A stretch of 64,000 nt of DNA, from positions 1,550,001-1,614,000 of the forward strand of contig OZ287067.1 of NCBI GenBank assembly GCA_965645245.1, written 5' to 3'. How positions within the stretch are numbered: the stretch's first letter is position 1; every line of letters begins with the position of its first letter. The stretch comes from Massalongia carnosa (lineage: Eukaryota). Under the pieces are notes generated by a model, which saw only the letters and a list, made by a program, of their open reading frames with translations, did not search any database and was not told where the DNA came from. Shown piece after piece: positions 1 to 12,136 of the stretch. The position numbers and the translations under genes were made by a program.

Positions 1-2
1 CA

Positions 3-257
3 ACTCCGCACTACCTGATCAACCTTGTTGTTGGGCTTCCCTGGTTTAATCCTCGCCGTACCGAGCAGGAAGGGACAGAGATCAACGGAAAGGCATGGGT
101 TCCTGATTCTGAATCGAACGCAGGCGGATCTTTTCAGGAGATGAGGCGAGTTGCCGGTAGTGGTGGTTATTGTGGGATGAGAGCATTACAAGTCATCAAA
201 GAAAGGCCTCAAAACGGCGAAAAGAACTGGGAGACAATGCCGCTTCCACCAGGCTGA
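3..257 (+). CDS. Possible 3' end of a gene entering from the left edge (unknown product)
   Basis: Frame is open from the window edge to TGA 255-257 (TPHYLINLVVGLPWFNPRR...ETMPLPPG*). No family recognised. Confidence 0.3.
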   Translation, partial: TPHYLINLVVGLPWFNPRRTEQEGTEINGKAWVPDSESNAGGSFQEMRRVAGSGGYCGMRALQVIKERPQNGEKNWETMPLPPG

Positions 258-577
258 ATATATGTAACAGTTTTTGCATTTTGTCATGCATGCCCCATAT
301 ACCCTTTGAGATATCCGAGTTTTGGAGTTGCAGTTGGACAATATGAGTTGGATGGAAACTTGGTAGCTAAAGGAGTACAAGAACAGTTGTTTGGTCATCT
401 AGTGCAGTGTATTTCTTTGAGAGTCTTCATTTTATGACTGATTTGTTGAGCTGATGAAAGATGGAGTCATGCAGCGTTCAAAGGTGTTAGGCACGCAAAC
501 CGTTCCCCTATCTCCTTAGCTTCCTCATTACTGCCTTAGGGTTAGATGCCCACAAACATTACGTGAATCAATATTTA

Positions 578-715
578 CATCCACATCACCATCACCATCA
601 CCACCATCACCACCATCACCACCATCACCACCATCACCACCATCACCACCATCACCACCATCACCACCATCACCACCATCATCACCATCACCACCATCAA
701 CATCATCAAAATCAA
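578..715. repeat. CAC/CAT microsatellite, mainly a (CCACCATCA)n 9-mer
   Basis: Visible tandem array; it produces the poly-His and GGD-repeat ORFs in the track. Confidence 0.95.
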
Positions 716-990
716 CAATCAACACAACTACTACGTGGACTTACCTTCCGCTAGCTTCCGTCTTCCGTCTTTTACTTTCTTCATTTACTTCTAGCTAAAG
801 CTAAAGACAACGGCTTTCTTCCGTCCTGCATTTTCCACCTTCACCCAGCACTTGGGCACATTTCCTGCAGCTCATCCATGTTGTATGCGTTTACAATCTA
901 AAGCACTTTTCGGTTGAAGAATAATAGAGGTAACTATACCTTTGATCCTCTCGGTTACTATGCTAATCCCCGAAATCTTAGAATTAGACC

Positions 991-3303
991 ATGTCGGTCT
1001 CAAAGACACCAATACCTCTGGATGATGAGGAGACTATCAGACGTTTCACAGAAGAGATGAGACGAAAATCGGCTCCAACAGTTTCACATATACCTCCTCG
1101 CAAAGTCCAAGGATTTGCATGGCCTAATGAAGAGGGTTCCACGTTTTCTCATGTTGAGCACCGCGCTACGCAAACGGAGCCAGTTATGGTAATTGGACCA
1201 CCACCAGCCGATGGGATCTCTCATGCCAGTTCTGATAGACATGTATCATCAAGTTTGTCATCCAAATATCTTCTTGCCTCTATGGATCTTAGCTAAGGAG
1301 AATCACCTGCCAGGCCAATCAAAGCCAAAGACGGTTTTAGATCCAGTTTCTTCACAGAGCCCCAAACTCAGCGGGGTCCTCGCACCCCCATCGACGCCAG
1401 AAACTGTTCCAGATCTGAGTCGACTCGAAATCACCCAAATTATTGCCGATGCTTTTGATGGACTATCTTCTGAGACGACCTTTGGCCTAGGAGAATCCCG
1501 GTACGCACCGAAAAACTCGTCGCAGCTGAAAGGTCGTCAACCTGGGTTGCGGTCATCCACCGGCGCAAATGAGTACCTTTCTACCTTTGAACTTCAGGCT
1601 GCGAATTTCTCGCCCCCTACTACGGCAAATATATCGCCGCAACCTAGCTCAGGCGAATCTGCCAGCACTTCCCCGACAACAAAGGTCAAGCCACCACCTT
1701 CGCCAGTCCTCGGAAAGAGTGTCTTGAGCTCTCGTTGGGCCTGCCCTTCTACTATCAAAGCACCAGAACTTTCATCAGTCGGATGGGCAACATCCACCTC
1801 ATTTTCTCCGCTTCCCGGTCACGTTATCGGCAAGTCAAAGAAGATATCAGCACATACGGCAGCTGAGCCTGTACTTGTGGAAAATTTAAAGCCAAGATCA
1901 CAGGAGCAGTTCTCTGAGGCGCATCCTACAGAGCAGACGTGGTCTACTGACCAAATGCATCTTACAAAGCAAATGCAGTCTGGGAGGAGCCAGCTGACAG
2001 AGCAAAAGCAGTCTACGGATAACAATCAATCTACAGAGCAGAAGCATCTTACAGAACAAAAGCAGCCTACAGCGCCAAAGCAAGGTTCAGTTAAACCTAT
2101 CGTGCCGAAAGATGATTGGTTGCCTCCCCACCTCCGACCTTACACTGGCTCAGCAAGAGACCCAAGGCTTTCTGTACCTAATAGAGCGATCAAACCATCC
2201 CAGGACCCTGCTGAAAATGTTGTCAAGGAGGCTATCAGAACCGAAGCGGAGGATATTAAATTTGTACCTCCCCATCTTCGTGCAAAATTGCAAGCGCCTG
2301 AGCCGCCAGCGAAAGTAACAGAGCAAGTGGAGCCAGTCAGAGAAATTTTGTCTAATATTCCCATCATACGACCAAGCGGTTCGACCAAACCCACTTCGAC
2401 CCTGCAGGATTCATCCGCGCAGGGCACTGCTCAAACTGGATCGGTCCTTTCGCTGCCATCAGCTGCTTTTTGCATAGTCTCTCCATCTAGTTCCGATATT
2501 CTTGCGAAATCGCATAAAGACCGGGAACATGCATCATGGTTCGACTCCTGGGGCAGACCGGAACCTAGGCTTAAACAGCGTATGTTTCTCCATCTCATTC
2601 TTACAGTAGAGTAGCAAATATAACCGTCTACAGCTGCCAGAGTTCGTAGAGTAATCATTTCATCGCTTCCTCAGGCAACTCCCTCGCTTGTCGCGTCACT
2701 TGTATGGGGCGGTCCTCTCGAAGAGATCCATGTCCAAAATAATTCAGCCGTTGTGACGTTTGCTTACGCATCAGACTGCCAGAATTACTACGATGCTACA
2801 GCGAATGGAGTAGCCTATCAGTGCGAAGGCCGCGAACAGGTTGCATTTGTTCACAAAGGGAAAGACGTCGATGTTGTTAGCGGCTCGTTGCACAATGCCC
2901 TTGAAGAGGGCTTCACCCGCTGCATTCGTGCCGTTGGCGATCATCCGGATCCATACACGCCTCAACAGCTTCGAGCTAAGGCGGAGTTTAAGAATCGAAA
3001 ACTTGAGGGAATGGAGATGGGGGTATTGGAGACGGGGGTACAACCACATTATTCTTGTGGTTATTTAAGACGAAAATATGAGCTGATTGGACAATACAGG
3101 TCTCCTACATCATCTTCCGCTTCTGCAACATGAAGCACGCAATTGAATTCAAGGGAGTGCTCACACGAGATGAGCAGTGGGAGCATTGTAGCATCCACCA
3201 CGTCACTGATCCGTAAGTTTTACCATTCGTTCAATTTTAATCCAAACCTTATTAACCTACGGATAGCTGCGCTCAAGCCAAAGGCGTCCATCTTGAAAAG
3301 TAG
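991..3303 (+). CDS. Fungal protein with a long S/P/Q-rich N-terminus and C-terminal RRM-like domains (multi-exon)
   Basis: ORFs 991-1296, 1193-2614 and 2753-3133 join through inferred introns (~1243-1292, 2580-2633, ~3038-3099, 3213-3266). The C-terminus RRVIISSLP..LVWGGPLEEI..AVVTFAYASDCQNYYDATANG..VSYIIFRFCNMKHAIEFKGVL..WEHCSIHHVTDPC is RRM-like. Stop TAG at 3301-3303. Confidence 0.7.
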
Positions 3304-4369
3304 CGCAACTCTCGAGTTCATTTAAGTTTTTCTCTTCGATTAGCCTCTTTAGTTGGTCTTTCAGACATCAGCCGTTGACTTGTTTCCTGACAGCCTTTCC
3401 TTTCCACTTCTGTTTGGTAACCACTAAGTGTTTTACAAGAGCTTCATCCGAATGGCAAACTGCTACATACATCATCATCACTTAATGGGCGGATAAGAGG
3501 GGGGGCGGTGGGCAGGTAATGCTGTATCTGTGCGGTTTTTTCTCTCTTTCAAACTGAAGGAAACACAAGAAGCCAGAAGAGTTTTTTATGTTTCTTCATT
3601 TCTTTCTTGTTCACCACTCTTTTCATTCCTCCCGAACTCTGTCACGAAAAGGAGAGAAGCCGTACGAGTACCCCACGTACCCGCTGAACCTAAACGTAGG
3701 TTGTAAATTAGGCACCTACTTTACACACAACCTAGATACTTACCTAGGTAAAGTAGATAGGATGCTAGGATAGATAGACAATCTCTTCTTGCAATCAATT
3801 CTCGACTTCCAGTTCCAGTTCCAGTTCCAACCCTTCTCTAGCTGTTGGCAAATACATTGGCAAATCCGTCCAGTAACTAGTTTTAGTTAGGTAGCCTGGT
3901 AACCTGGCAGTCTTTGCCAAATACACTTTCTTCCTTCTTTCTTCCAAATTCCACCACCCTAAAATTCCTCCCTCCCTCCCAGTTTCCCCATTCCCAGCCT
4001 CACGGTAACAGAGCTGGAGAAGCTGCAGAATTTCAATAGGTAGGTAAATACGTGGAGATGAGGGGGGGTTCTGTTCGAATGGACAAGAAAGGATGGATTG
4101 TCGAGCTGATTGGGAGGATGGTTAAATGGGAAGTGGAATAAGGTATAAAATGACGTTCTTCACTTTCTGTTTTCTCCGCTTGCATCAACTTATCAACAAT
4201 AATCACAGCCTCTTCTCTGCCCACTGTCATGACGAAACCCCCCAACGCTCACTTCTTACCTACCCCCCGAAGTCAAACCGGCATCGAATCCCAATCCTCA
4301 CCGTCGCACAAACACAGCTCCAAAACAAAAAAAAAGCTCACAACCACTCTTCCGAACCCTTGCCGTCGG

Positions 4370-4690
4370 TGCCTTTTTCCCTTTTACCCGGCCCTTGCCC
4401 TCCCCCTCCCGGCCGACCAAACCTGCCAAGCGCTCCGTCGGCGGCAACTGCGACCTGCGCGTCACGCAGCACCACGAGGACGAGTCCGGGGTGGGCGGAA
4501 GCTACAAGCACGCCATCCGCCTCGTTGACGACGTCAGAAGTCCCGATCGGCGGTGTGAACAGGCTCGAGATCGGCGATTTCTAGATCCACGGCGTCACTA
4601 GTGGAGTGCCCTACGTGTTGGAGATTATCTTGGGCATTCTCGACGTGATTCAAAGTAAATCGGGGTTTCTCCAATTTGAATATGGGTATT
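4370..4690 (+). pseudogene. Degraded small secreted-protein-like gene fragment
   Basis: KR-SVGGNCDLRVTQHHEDESGVGGSYKHAIRLVDD (frameshift) VPIGGVNRLEIGDF*IHGVTSGVPYVLEI. It resembles a Cys-containing fungal secreted domain (GxCxxHVxQ..F.v.l.D..IGG..S.LP..l.i). Recognised from memory only. Confidence 0.35.
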
Positions 4691-4994
4691 TTTTGCATAG
4701 TGCCATTTTTCTGGTCATGTTGACGTATGTTGATCGACTTTCCCTTTGACACAACGCTTGGAAATTAGCTGTATGATAGGCGTAAACCCGAAAATCAACG
4801 GTTTTGCATGAATATTCATATGGACTCAATCCACCAGCTCAATCAACTTGGCGATTAGTTCCCAAACGCGGACAAGGGACAGGCGAGATATCAATATGGA
4901 ATGCTGTCGACGCAGGCTTGATTGGCCTTGTGAATAATCAAGTTTTGAATGATCAATCGGGCTGTCTTGTAACTTTTTTTTTGTTGCGCGATTC

Positions 4995-6400
4995 TTAGTG
5001 AATATCATATTTAAATGGTTCTAGAATAACACAATGTATAAAAACAACGAATATCATGATGCATTGTCCTACTTCCAGGAAATTAACATTCAGCGTGTTG
5101 CTTGCACTGGTTTTTGCAGTTGGGGTAGAAGCGATAGCTGCAGAGCTCGTGGCTTTTGTAGCACCGCTGACCGTGGTCGTAGCAGTACTAGGTAACAAGG
5201 CTGTGCTGGGCACGTCTGAGCTGCTAACTTCAGGCAGAATACTCGAGATGCTGCATACGTGTCCGTTATTAGGGCATATTTCAGTGCGGTTCAAATCTTT
5301 GTCGAGCGGGCCCGTGGGTCCTGATTCATAGCGCCAGGAAACACCCAAGTTCAGGAAGTTGAGCTGCCGTGGATCATCATCGAGATACTGCTTATCGCCT
5401 CAACGGCCGAGAAAAGAGAGCCAAGACACAGATGCAGTAGGGTCTGGGCTGGTGAATGTGCCATGGATGGAAGAAGACGAGTAGACGTAATAATAATACG
5501 CAAAAATTATAGGATCCCATAAAGGACCCGCAGAAGTGGTGTCATTCACCACGATAGACGCAAAGGAGTGAGAGTGCGTTCCTGGGACGGCATAGTTGGC
5601 ATGAGTTCCCTTGGCGATATAAACAATGGGTCGACTGCCATTCTTTAAAACGGTTTCATACTTGAAAGCCTCGCCCATTCTGCCAAATTTGTCAATCTAA
5701 AGCTTCTCATGGCAAACATGTTACCAAGGGTTGGAGACAAAAACTCACATCATGCTAACTGAGCCATATGGCTGCTGGCACTCCACTTGCGAAACGGATC
5801 ATCGTATGCTCCCAATCTCCAACATGGTTTCCCAAAGTCTGGCCATCAACTGTGTCTCCTAAATTAAATGCGTAAAAGTACATGTAAAAAGCGTCCACAG
5901 AGCCACCTCCATGATCATTTACAATAACAACGCAGGACCTGGCTCCTACCGTCTCGTAACTTATAGGGTCTGGTATCACACCATGTAGCCATGGCGGGTT
6001 TGCTGTCACATTGTTCGAGGTCAAATATACTGGACATGAGTCAAAGTCGTTCGTAGTACAGTTGCCGACTGTGTTCAACTGATCCAAATTCGCCAAGACA
6101 AGAGGAGACAACCCACTTTTTTATGGGCGTGTAGCTTATTACCGGGTACGTGTTGTCGAGTTGTTTTTGAAGATCTGATGGATAGTATACCTCATCCTGG
6201 TCAAGATGAAGAAGGGGTGCTTTTATGCCGGTCAGTCATGATCCAGCAACAGGCAAAGCAGCTTCCAAAGTGGCGATTGTACCATAATTGTTCACGTAGG
6301 CTGGTACGTTGGCTGTCTGCGGCAATTGACTATGGTCACCCGAGACAGCGCAGGCATACTATGCTGCTTGGAGAAGACCGAGACCGAAGACGAGCGACAT
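4995..6400 (-). pseudogene. Vps62-domain secreted, probably GPI-anchored protein; pseudogene
   Basis: Motifs VPAYVNNYAPLLHL..YYPSD, VDAFYMYFYAFNLG..GNHVGDWEHTMIRF, RPIVYIAKGTHANYA, GPLWDP and GPTGP, plus a signal peptide and an S/T-rich hydrophobic tail. In-frame stops at 6359-6361 (TAG), 5755-5757 (TAG in S*H) and 5400-5402 (TGA in GR*GDKQY); frameshift in the A6 run at 6117-6122. Confidence 0.85.
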
Positions 6401-6789
6401 TGATCCAGTCTAGGGCCTGAAATGTAGGATGAGAATATGTAGATGGTCAAACATGGTAATGGCACGCCAGAGCCAGATGTTATCATGCTCCCATCCGAAG
6501 ATTGGAGATTTTCCGCTCAAATATTGACTTCATCAGCCGTCGTCGAAGAACCGGGTCACGTGACAGTGGAACCTTGGCAACATCCTGCGCTGCTGTGTAC
6601 ACAGTTAGAAAGAAAAGAATATTCAGATACGTTAGAGATCACTTGCAGCCCTTAGGTCTTTAAATCACATAATCTCTCCGGCTCGATGCGGAAAGAAATT
6701 TCCATATACATTGAATGCCCCCAAACCCTGCTGCCCATAAGAGCCAACTCCTCACTCCCCTTATCCACCTTTCTTATCTCCTCTTATCA

Positions 6790-9613
6790 TCAACTACCCG
6801 CGTTTCCGCTGGTACCACCACCCGTCATATTAGCCGTGGCCTTAGTCGTGACCGCCGCCACCCCCCGGGCAGTAGCAGCAGCCGCCGCCGCCGCAGCGAC
6901 TCTCCTGTCAACCTTTTCCCGATGAATGCGATTCTTCAAATGCACCTCGAAATTGTTAACGCCCATCTCTGGGCCCGGGGTGTATAGTTTGCCGGGGCAG
7001 TCCTTGCACTTGATGCGTGGGTAATACATGTACTTAACGTTGTCGGGCGGAGGTCCGTCAGGGCGGACCGAAATAGGTAAGTCAGTCACCGTACTAACGG
7101 CCGTGTAGCGCATGGTACCCTCAAAGATATCATTCGGGTAATGAAGCTGAAGCTTGCTAAGGGCGTTGTTGAGCCAGAGGGGGGGGGTAGGCTGGATTAG
7201 ATGGATAGTTAGTTTGGGTTGATGGAAAAGGAATGAGATCTAAGGTTTTGAACGATTTGGATTTCCGGCAAGAGCCCACAATGTGACAGGCGGAACCAGG
7301 AAACATGAAGGAGTGTGACTAAGTAGAAGCCAAATAGGAATGAAGGTAGCAAGGGGGAGAAAGCGGAAGAATGATGACACTTAATGTCATTATGATGTGG
7401 AACTGAACAGGTCTACTTACGATAGGGTTTTCCAAGCTAGGTGGCCCCACCGCATCCACCCTGCCTATTTGCGCAGCATGTGGATGGATTGACTGGGTTG
7501 GTGCCGCCGGCTGGCCTTCGCGCTGCTGGGCCGCGCTGCCATGATTTCGAGGAGTCGGCTGTTGGAGTGCGTTAGTTGTTGAAGGAGGGGGACCCATTTG
7601 CCCTGTCGCCGGGGTTCCTATGCCGGGGGTTGCGCTTTGAGATCGTCGGGTCGGGAGATGAGATTGAGAGGATGTGGAATGAAGCGGGTCAGGTCTAGTT
7701 CGGGGTTTCTGTTCTCGCAGAAATTGCTTTAATAGCTCTCGAGGTATTCGGAGTTTCACGATAAAGGCGGACGCCTCATCGACGCTATCTTCTCGGTAGT
7801 CTTTGCCACCAAATCGGCGTCCTGATGTTCGAGTCTCATGATGATGTAGAGTTGAAGCCTCAGGCGTTGCGGAACGGCCAATGTTTCCTCGCATGGCAGC
7901 TTGTGCTACGGTAGCAGCACCTCGCATCCCCCTAGTACGCGCCGTTCCGGCGAGTAGATGCGCGGGTACGGCCGGGGATTCAGCAGCCGACTCGTCACTT
8001 TCGGACTCTTCGGTATCGTCAAGACCATCCTTGGGACCTTGCCCAGGTCGCCGTGATTTCCCTAAGGCAGCGGCGGCCCGCTTGAAGAGTCTGCTATCCT
8101 CGGCCGTTTCTGCTGCGCCTGGAATCACCGATGAGATGACGAGCGTACGAATGGTCCGCCGGCGGTCTTTGAGATCAGGAAGGGCAGGCCCACCACGGCG
8201 ATTCACCGAGCGTTTCTGGCGGCGCTCTTCCCTCGACAGCGACAGCTCCGTTTTCTCTAACTCGCTCTCGTTAAGTTCATAAAGATAAGGAGTGAATTCT
8301 TTAGCTGCTTGGTATGGTCGGAACGGTGATGGCAGTGGCGAAGCAAGGAAACCAGCTTTCAGCTCCTGGTCTTCTACAGGCCGACCATCAAATGGATGCC
8401 CGGTCACATAGAGACTTCTTGTAAAGAGCTGGCTTTGCTCTCTAATCGAGTGCGCGATAGCAGTGGTGAATTCACCGGACAAAGAAAGATCCCGCGTCAT
8501 TTGGAGAGCGAAAACCTCTGGGGAATTCAGTGGATTGTTGATTTCCCATTCAAACTGATCGACAAGCGTGTGTTGGCCAATCGTGATGTTGAGTTTGATG
8601 ATGATGCGCATCTCGTCATCTTTATAAGCATTGTATGGTAGGTGAGGATCCAGCGCTTCCTCGTCTATAAACACTTGGGGATAAAAGTCTCGAATCTGCT
8701 CCTTGATCGTGTGGCACACCTGCTGCACCAGCGGAACACACTGATCCGGCGGGAGTCTAAAATCCTCGACAAGCTGCTCAGCAAATAATTCTGGAGTCAC
8801 GACCCGGTCGTGCAAGTTCCAAGTAAAGGTATCTCGTAGTCTGATTTGGTCCCATTCGATGTCTAATCGAATGGGAACGAGCTCGTCAAGCTGTTCGGCC
8901 TGGGTCGCAAGATCCTTTTTCGACACCCGTAACTCCCTTGTCTTCCCTCCTCCCGGCCGTCTCCTACGAGCCGGATAAAGCAACATCCACTCCCCCACAG
9001 GCAAGTGGGTGGTACCGTTTCCATACCCATCATAACCTTTCCCGAATTGATTGATCACATTTTGTCCAGATATTTCGCGGCCTTGTCTTTGATTCACGTA
9101 ATTTTCCTTTGTTACGACCTTCTCTTTCATAAACGCCTCGTGCTCATTGCTATCGTATACCATGGCGGCGGTATGCACTAACTCGCGCTCGACGAACTGA
9201 TGCAACATCATCGGTCTGTTGGGAATATCTTTCGGGGTTTTGCCAGGGGAGCCCTTCGGGTCGGAGGGCTGGGCTATTCGGGTTCCTGATCGCGACCGTT
9301 TTCTGCTTTGTGCTGTGCCATTGGGGAGCGCCTCCTTTGCTATTGGTATCTCCAGGCCATTTGAGCCTGATTCCATCGTAGTGTTCGATTGCAAGGGAAT
9401 GCCGGATGCAGCCATTATCGCCTTCGCCTTCTGCTTCCCTTCCTGAATCGCGTCCCCATGCTGGGCAGAGAAAGCATCCTCAATATGGTACGCACCATTT
9501 GATGTAATCGTGTCCGCTGCAATACCCGCTGATCCGTTAGGCGGCCGGTGTTGCGGAGCACTGTTGACCTGTCGGGGAGAAACTTGGGGTTGAATCGGGC
9601 TAGGAGGCGGCAT
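6790..9613 (-). CDS. SNF5: SWI/SNF chromatin-remodelling subunit Snf5
   Basis: SNF5 repeats LVPIRLDIEW..LRDTFTWNL..FAEQLVEDF and RIIIKLNITIG..LVDQFEWEI..GEFTTAIAHSIREQ. Intron 7192-7420 (GTAAGT..CTAAC..CAG). The last exon has the zinc finger PRIKCKDCPGKLY..NFEVHLKNRIH. Start codon uncertain. Confidence 0.93.
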
Positions 9614-10397
9614 CCTCGAGGAGCAACAGGATGGGTAGATTTAGGGATTCGACCATTGGACACGCCTAGGTAGGCATCTATGTGGGTTTCACCACACGTT
9701 TCATTAGCTATCTACCTATTAGAGATAGACGTAGGGATCTTGTGATCATAACACTGTCTCGCAAGCACGATGGTTGTTAGGCGCGATGAACGAGGTCTTC
9801 CTCTCATCTCGAGCAGTGTCTCGAGGGCAGGGCCTGCATCGCTCTCATGTACTGCAAACCTTGCCCTCAACAGCTACAGGAACAGCAGGTTGTGGTGAAG
9901 TGGGAATGGGGTAAGATTTTTGGGGGGGAGGGGGGAGGGGGTGGGGGGGGGAGACAGATGAGCGACAGCAGGATGGGGATAAATTTAAGTAATTCTCATG
10001 ACGAGGCAACATTAGGGTTAAGAAAAGGCAAGAAACCTACCAGGTTGTTTTAAATGTAGGGGAGCATTTTGTGATCAATAAATAGCGTACAGAGTAGTAA
10101 TAATAATAACTTGATCCGCTCGCGATAGGACGTTGAAATTAGATGGTTATCATTGGTGATAGTTAGGGATCGTTAGGCGTCGTTGGCTGATCATTGGGTG
10201 GCCATTGGCCTCGGCGTGTCGCAAGGCAAATACGGATGAATACCGAGATGGATACTCGCCGATCTGTACAGAGTACTGTACTCTGTGCTCTGTACTGTTT
10301 GTTACCTTGCTTTCATTTCCTTACGTTTCTGTCCAATACCAGAATCAATCAGAATGGGACAAAATAAACCACCGATCGCCTCCTGTGACAATCAAAA

Positions 10398-10461
10398 ACA
10401 AACTAGGTGTTACAAACTAGGTGTTACAAACTAGGTGTTACAAACTAGGTGTTACAAACTA
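10398..10461. repeat. Perfect 14-bp tandem repeat (ACAAACTAGGTGTT) x4.6
   Basis: Four identical head-to-tail units plus a partial unit, with no spacers. Confidence 0.95.
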
Positions 10462-10726
10462 CATTAACTACTTCGTAACTTGGAGGAAAGGAGCGGAGTA
10501 CTCGGTAACAGTATGTTAGACCATCTCTGTACAGAGTATAACTAAGTAGATTAGTGACTCGTACGGAGGTCTGAGTCAAAAATAATCGGACACGCTAAAT
10601 TTTAACCCCAGAGCTAGCTGTTTAATACGTGTTAGTTATTTTTAACGTGAAAATATAGTCATAGTAGAGAAAAAATTTTATATGCAGAGGATATCATAGA
10701 TTATTAAACATACAATCACTACAAAC

Positions 10727-12136
10727 ATGGCAGGCAAGAAGTATGATCTTTCGCAACGCGTACAAGCCTTTACATTCCTTGGTATGGGGATGAGAATTGA
10801 AGATGTTGGTCGAATCACAGGCTTTTCGCGTAGTGCACTCTATGACTTGAAGAAAAGGGCTATCGAACGTGGATATGACCATACAGTAACGCCGGTTTTA
10901 TATAATGTGCATGTTGAAGATGCAAAAAAAAGTGGGCGACCAGGTATTAGCTTGGAAAATCAACAAGAAATTATTGCAAAAGTCAGCAAAGATCAACATG
11001 GAAGAGAAAAATCAACCCTTGAGATAGCCGCGGAAGTAAAGGTATCTCAAAGTTCAGTAGCTCGCATACTAACTAAATAAGCATGGATATAAAAAAGTCA
11101 AACCAATATGGAAGCCAGATTAACTCCCGCTATGAAGAAATCCCGCCTAGAATTCACTATCAAGTACAAAGATTGGACAATGGAGGATTGGAAACGTGTA
11201 ATTTGGACAGATGAGACTAGTGTGGTATTGGGACATCGTCGAGGAAATAATCGAATATGGAGGACAGCACAGGAGGGACAAGAACCAGTAACTTCCACTA
11301 TACGAGAGAGATATAAAGGATTTACTGAGTTTATGTTCTGGGGTTGTTTTTCTTATGACTATAAAGGGCCATGTCACTGCTGGAAATCGGAAACTGCAAA
11401 GGAGAAAAAAATTGCCGAGAATCATATTAAAGGCCTGAATGATAGACTGGAACCTGCCGCAAGACAAGAGTGGGAATTAAATCAAGGTACTAGCCGGTTG
11501 GGGCTTCGAGGTGTTGGTGGTCCAAAGCCAAAATGGAGATTTAATGAAGCAACAGGGGCGTATGTTCGCAAAAAAGGAAGTAAAGGGATTGACTGGTAGC
11601 GATATCGAACAGTCATTTTGGAGCCTTTACTTATTCCTTTTGCAAAGATATGTAACCTGAACCAGCTCTTAATGAGTAAACTCCCCATGCTAGTTCAAGA
11701 AGACAAAGCCCCCGCGCATGCATCTAAATATCAAGATGAATTATTTCGGTTACACGATATCATGCGACTTTTATGGCCGGGAAATTCTCCGGACATGAAT
11801 TTGACTGAGCCGTGTTGGCCATGGATGAAACGGACAACAACTAAAAAAGGTGCTCCTCGAACTCGAAGAGATACAGAGGAACGTTGGAAAAAAGCTTGGG
11901 ATGACCTACCGCAGGAGAAAATTCAGGCTTGGATTGAGCGCATCCCCCGTCATTTACGGATTATCCGGTTCTTAAAAGGTGATAATAAATACAAGGAAGG
12001 AAGGGTAGATGGTCGAACAGATACAAAAGAAGGGAAGAAACGTCTTGCGGATCTGATAGCTGAGATGGAAAAGGTCGAATCGTTCGAAAAAATGAACAGT
12101 CAAGCAACATACCTGACCGCTCCCCGTCGCCATTAA
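10727..12136 (+). pseudogene. Tc1 transposase (DD34E), disrupted
   Basis: HTH N-terminus (..KKSGRP), VIWTDETSV, FMFWGCF and VQEDKAPAH..WPGNSPDMNLTE, with 34 residues between D2 and E. Lesions: a +4 insertion at ~11072 with TAA at 11078-11080, a -1 deletion at ~11117, and TAG at 11597-11599 in GIDW*RY. Confidence 0.92.

Noticed and set aside
528..754. Poly-His ORF (+) and GGD-repeat ORF (-)
   Set aside because: Both are translations of the CAC/CAT microsatellite, use non-ATG starts and have no other coding support.
10398..10461. CRISPR-like or telomeric array
   Set aside because: There are no spacers and no cas genes, the context is eukaryotic, and the unit is not TTAGGG-like and is internal.
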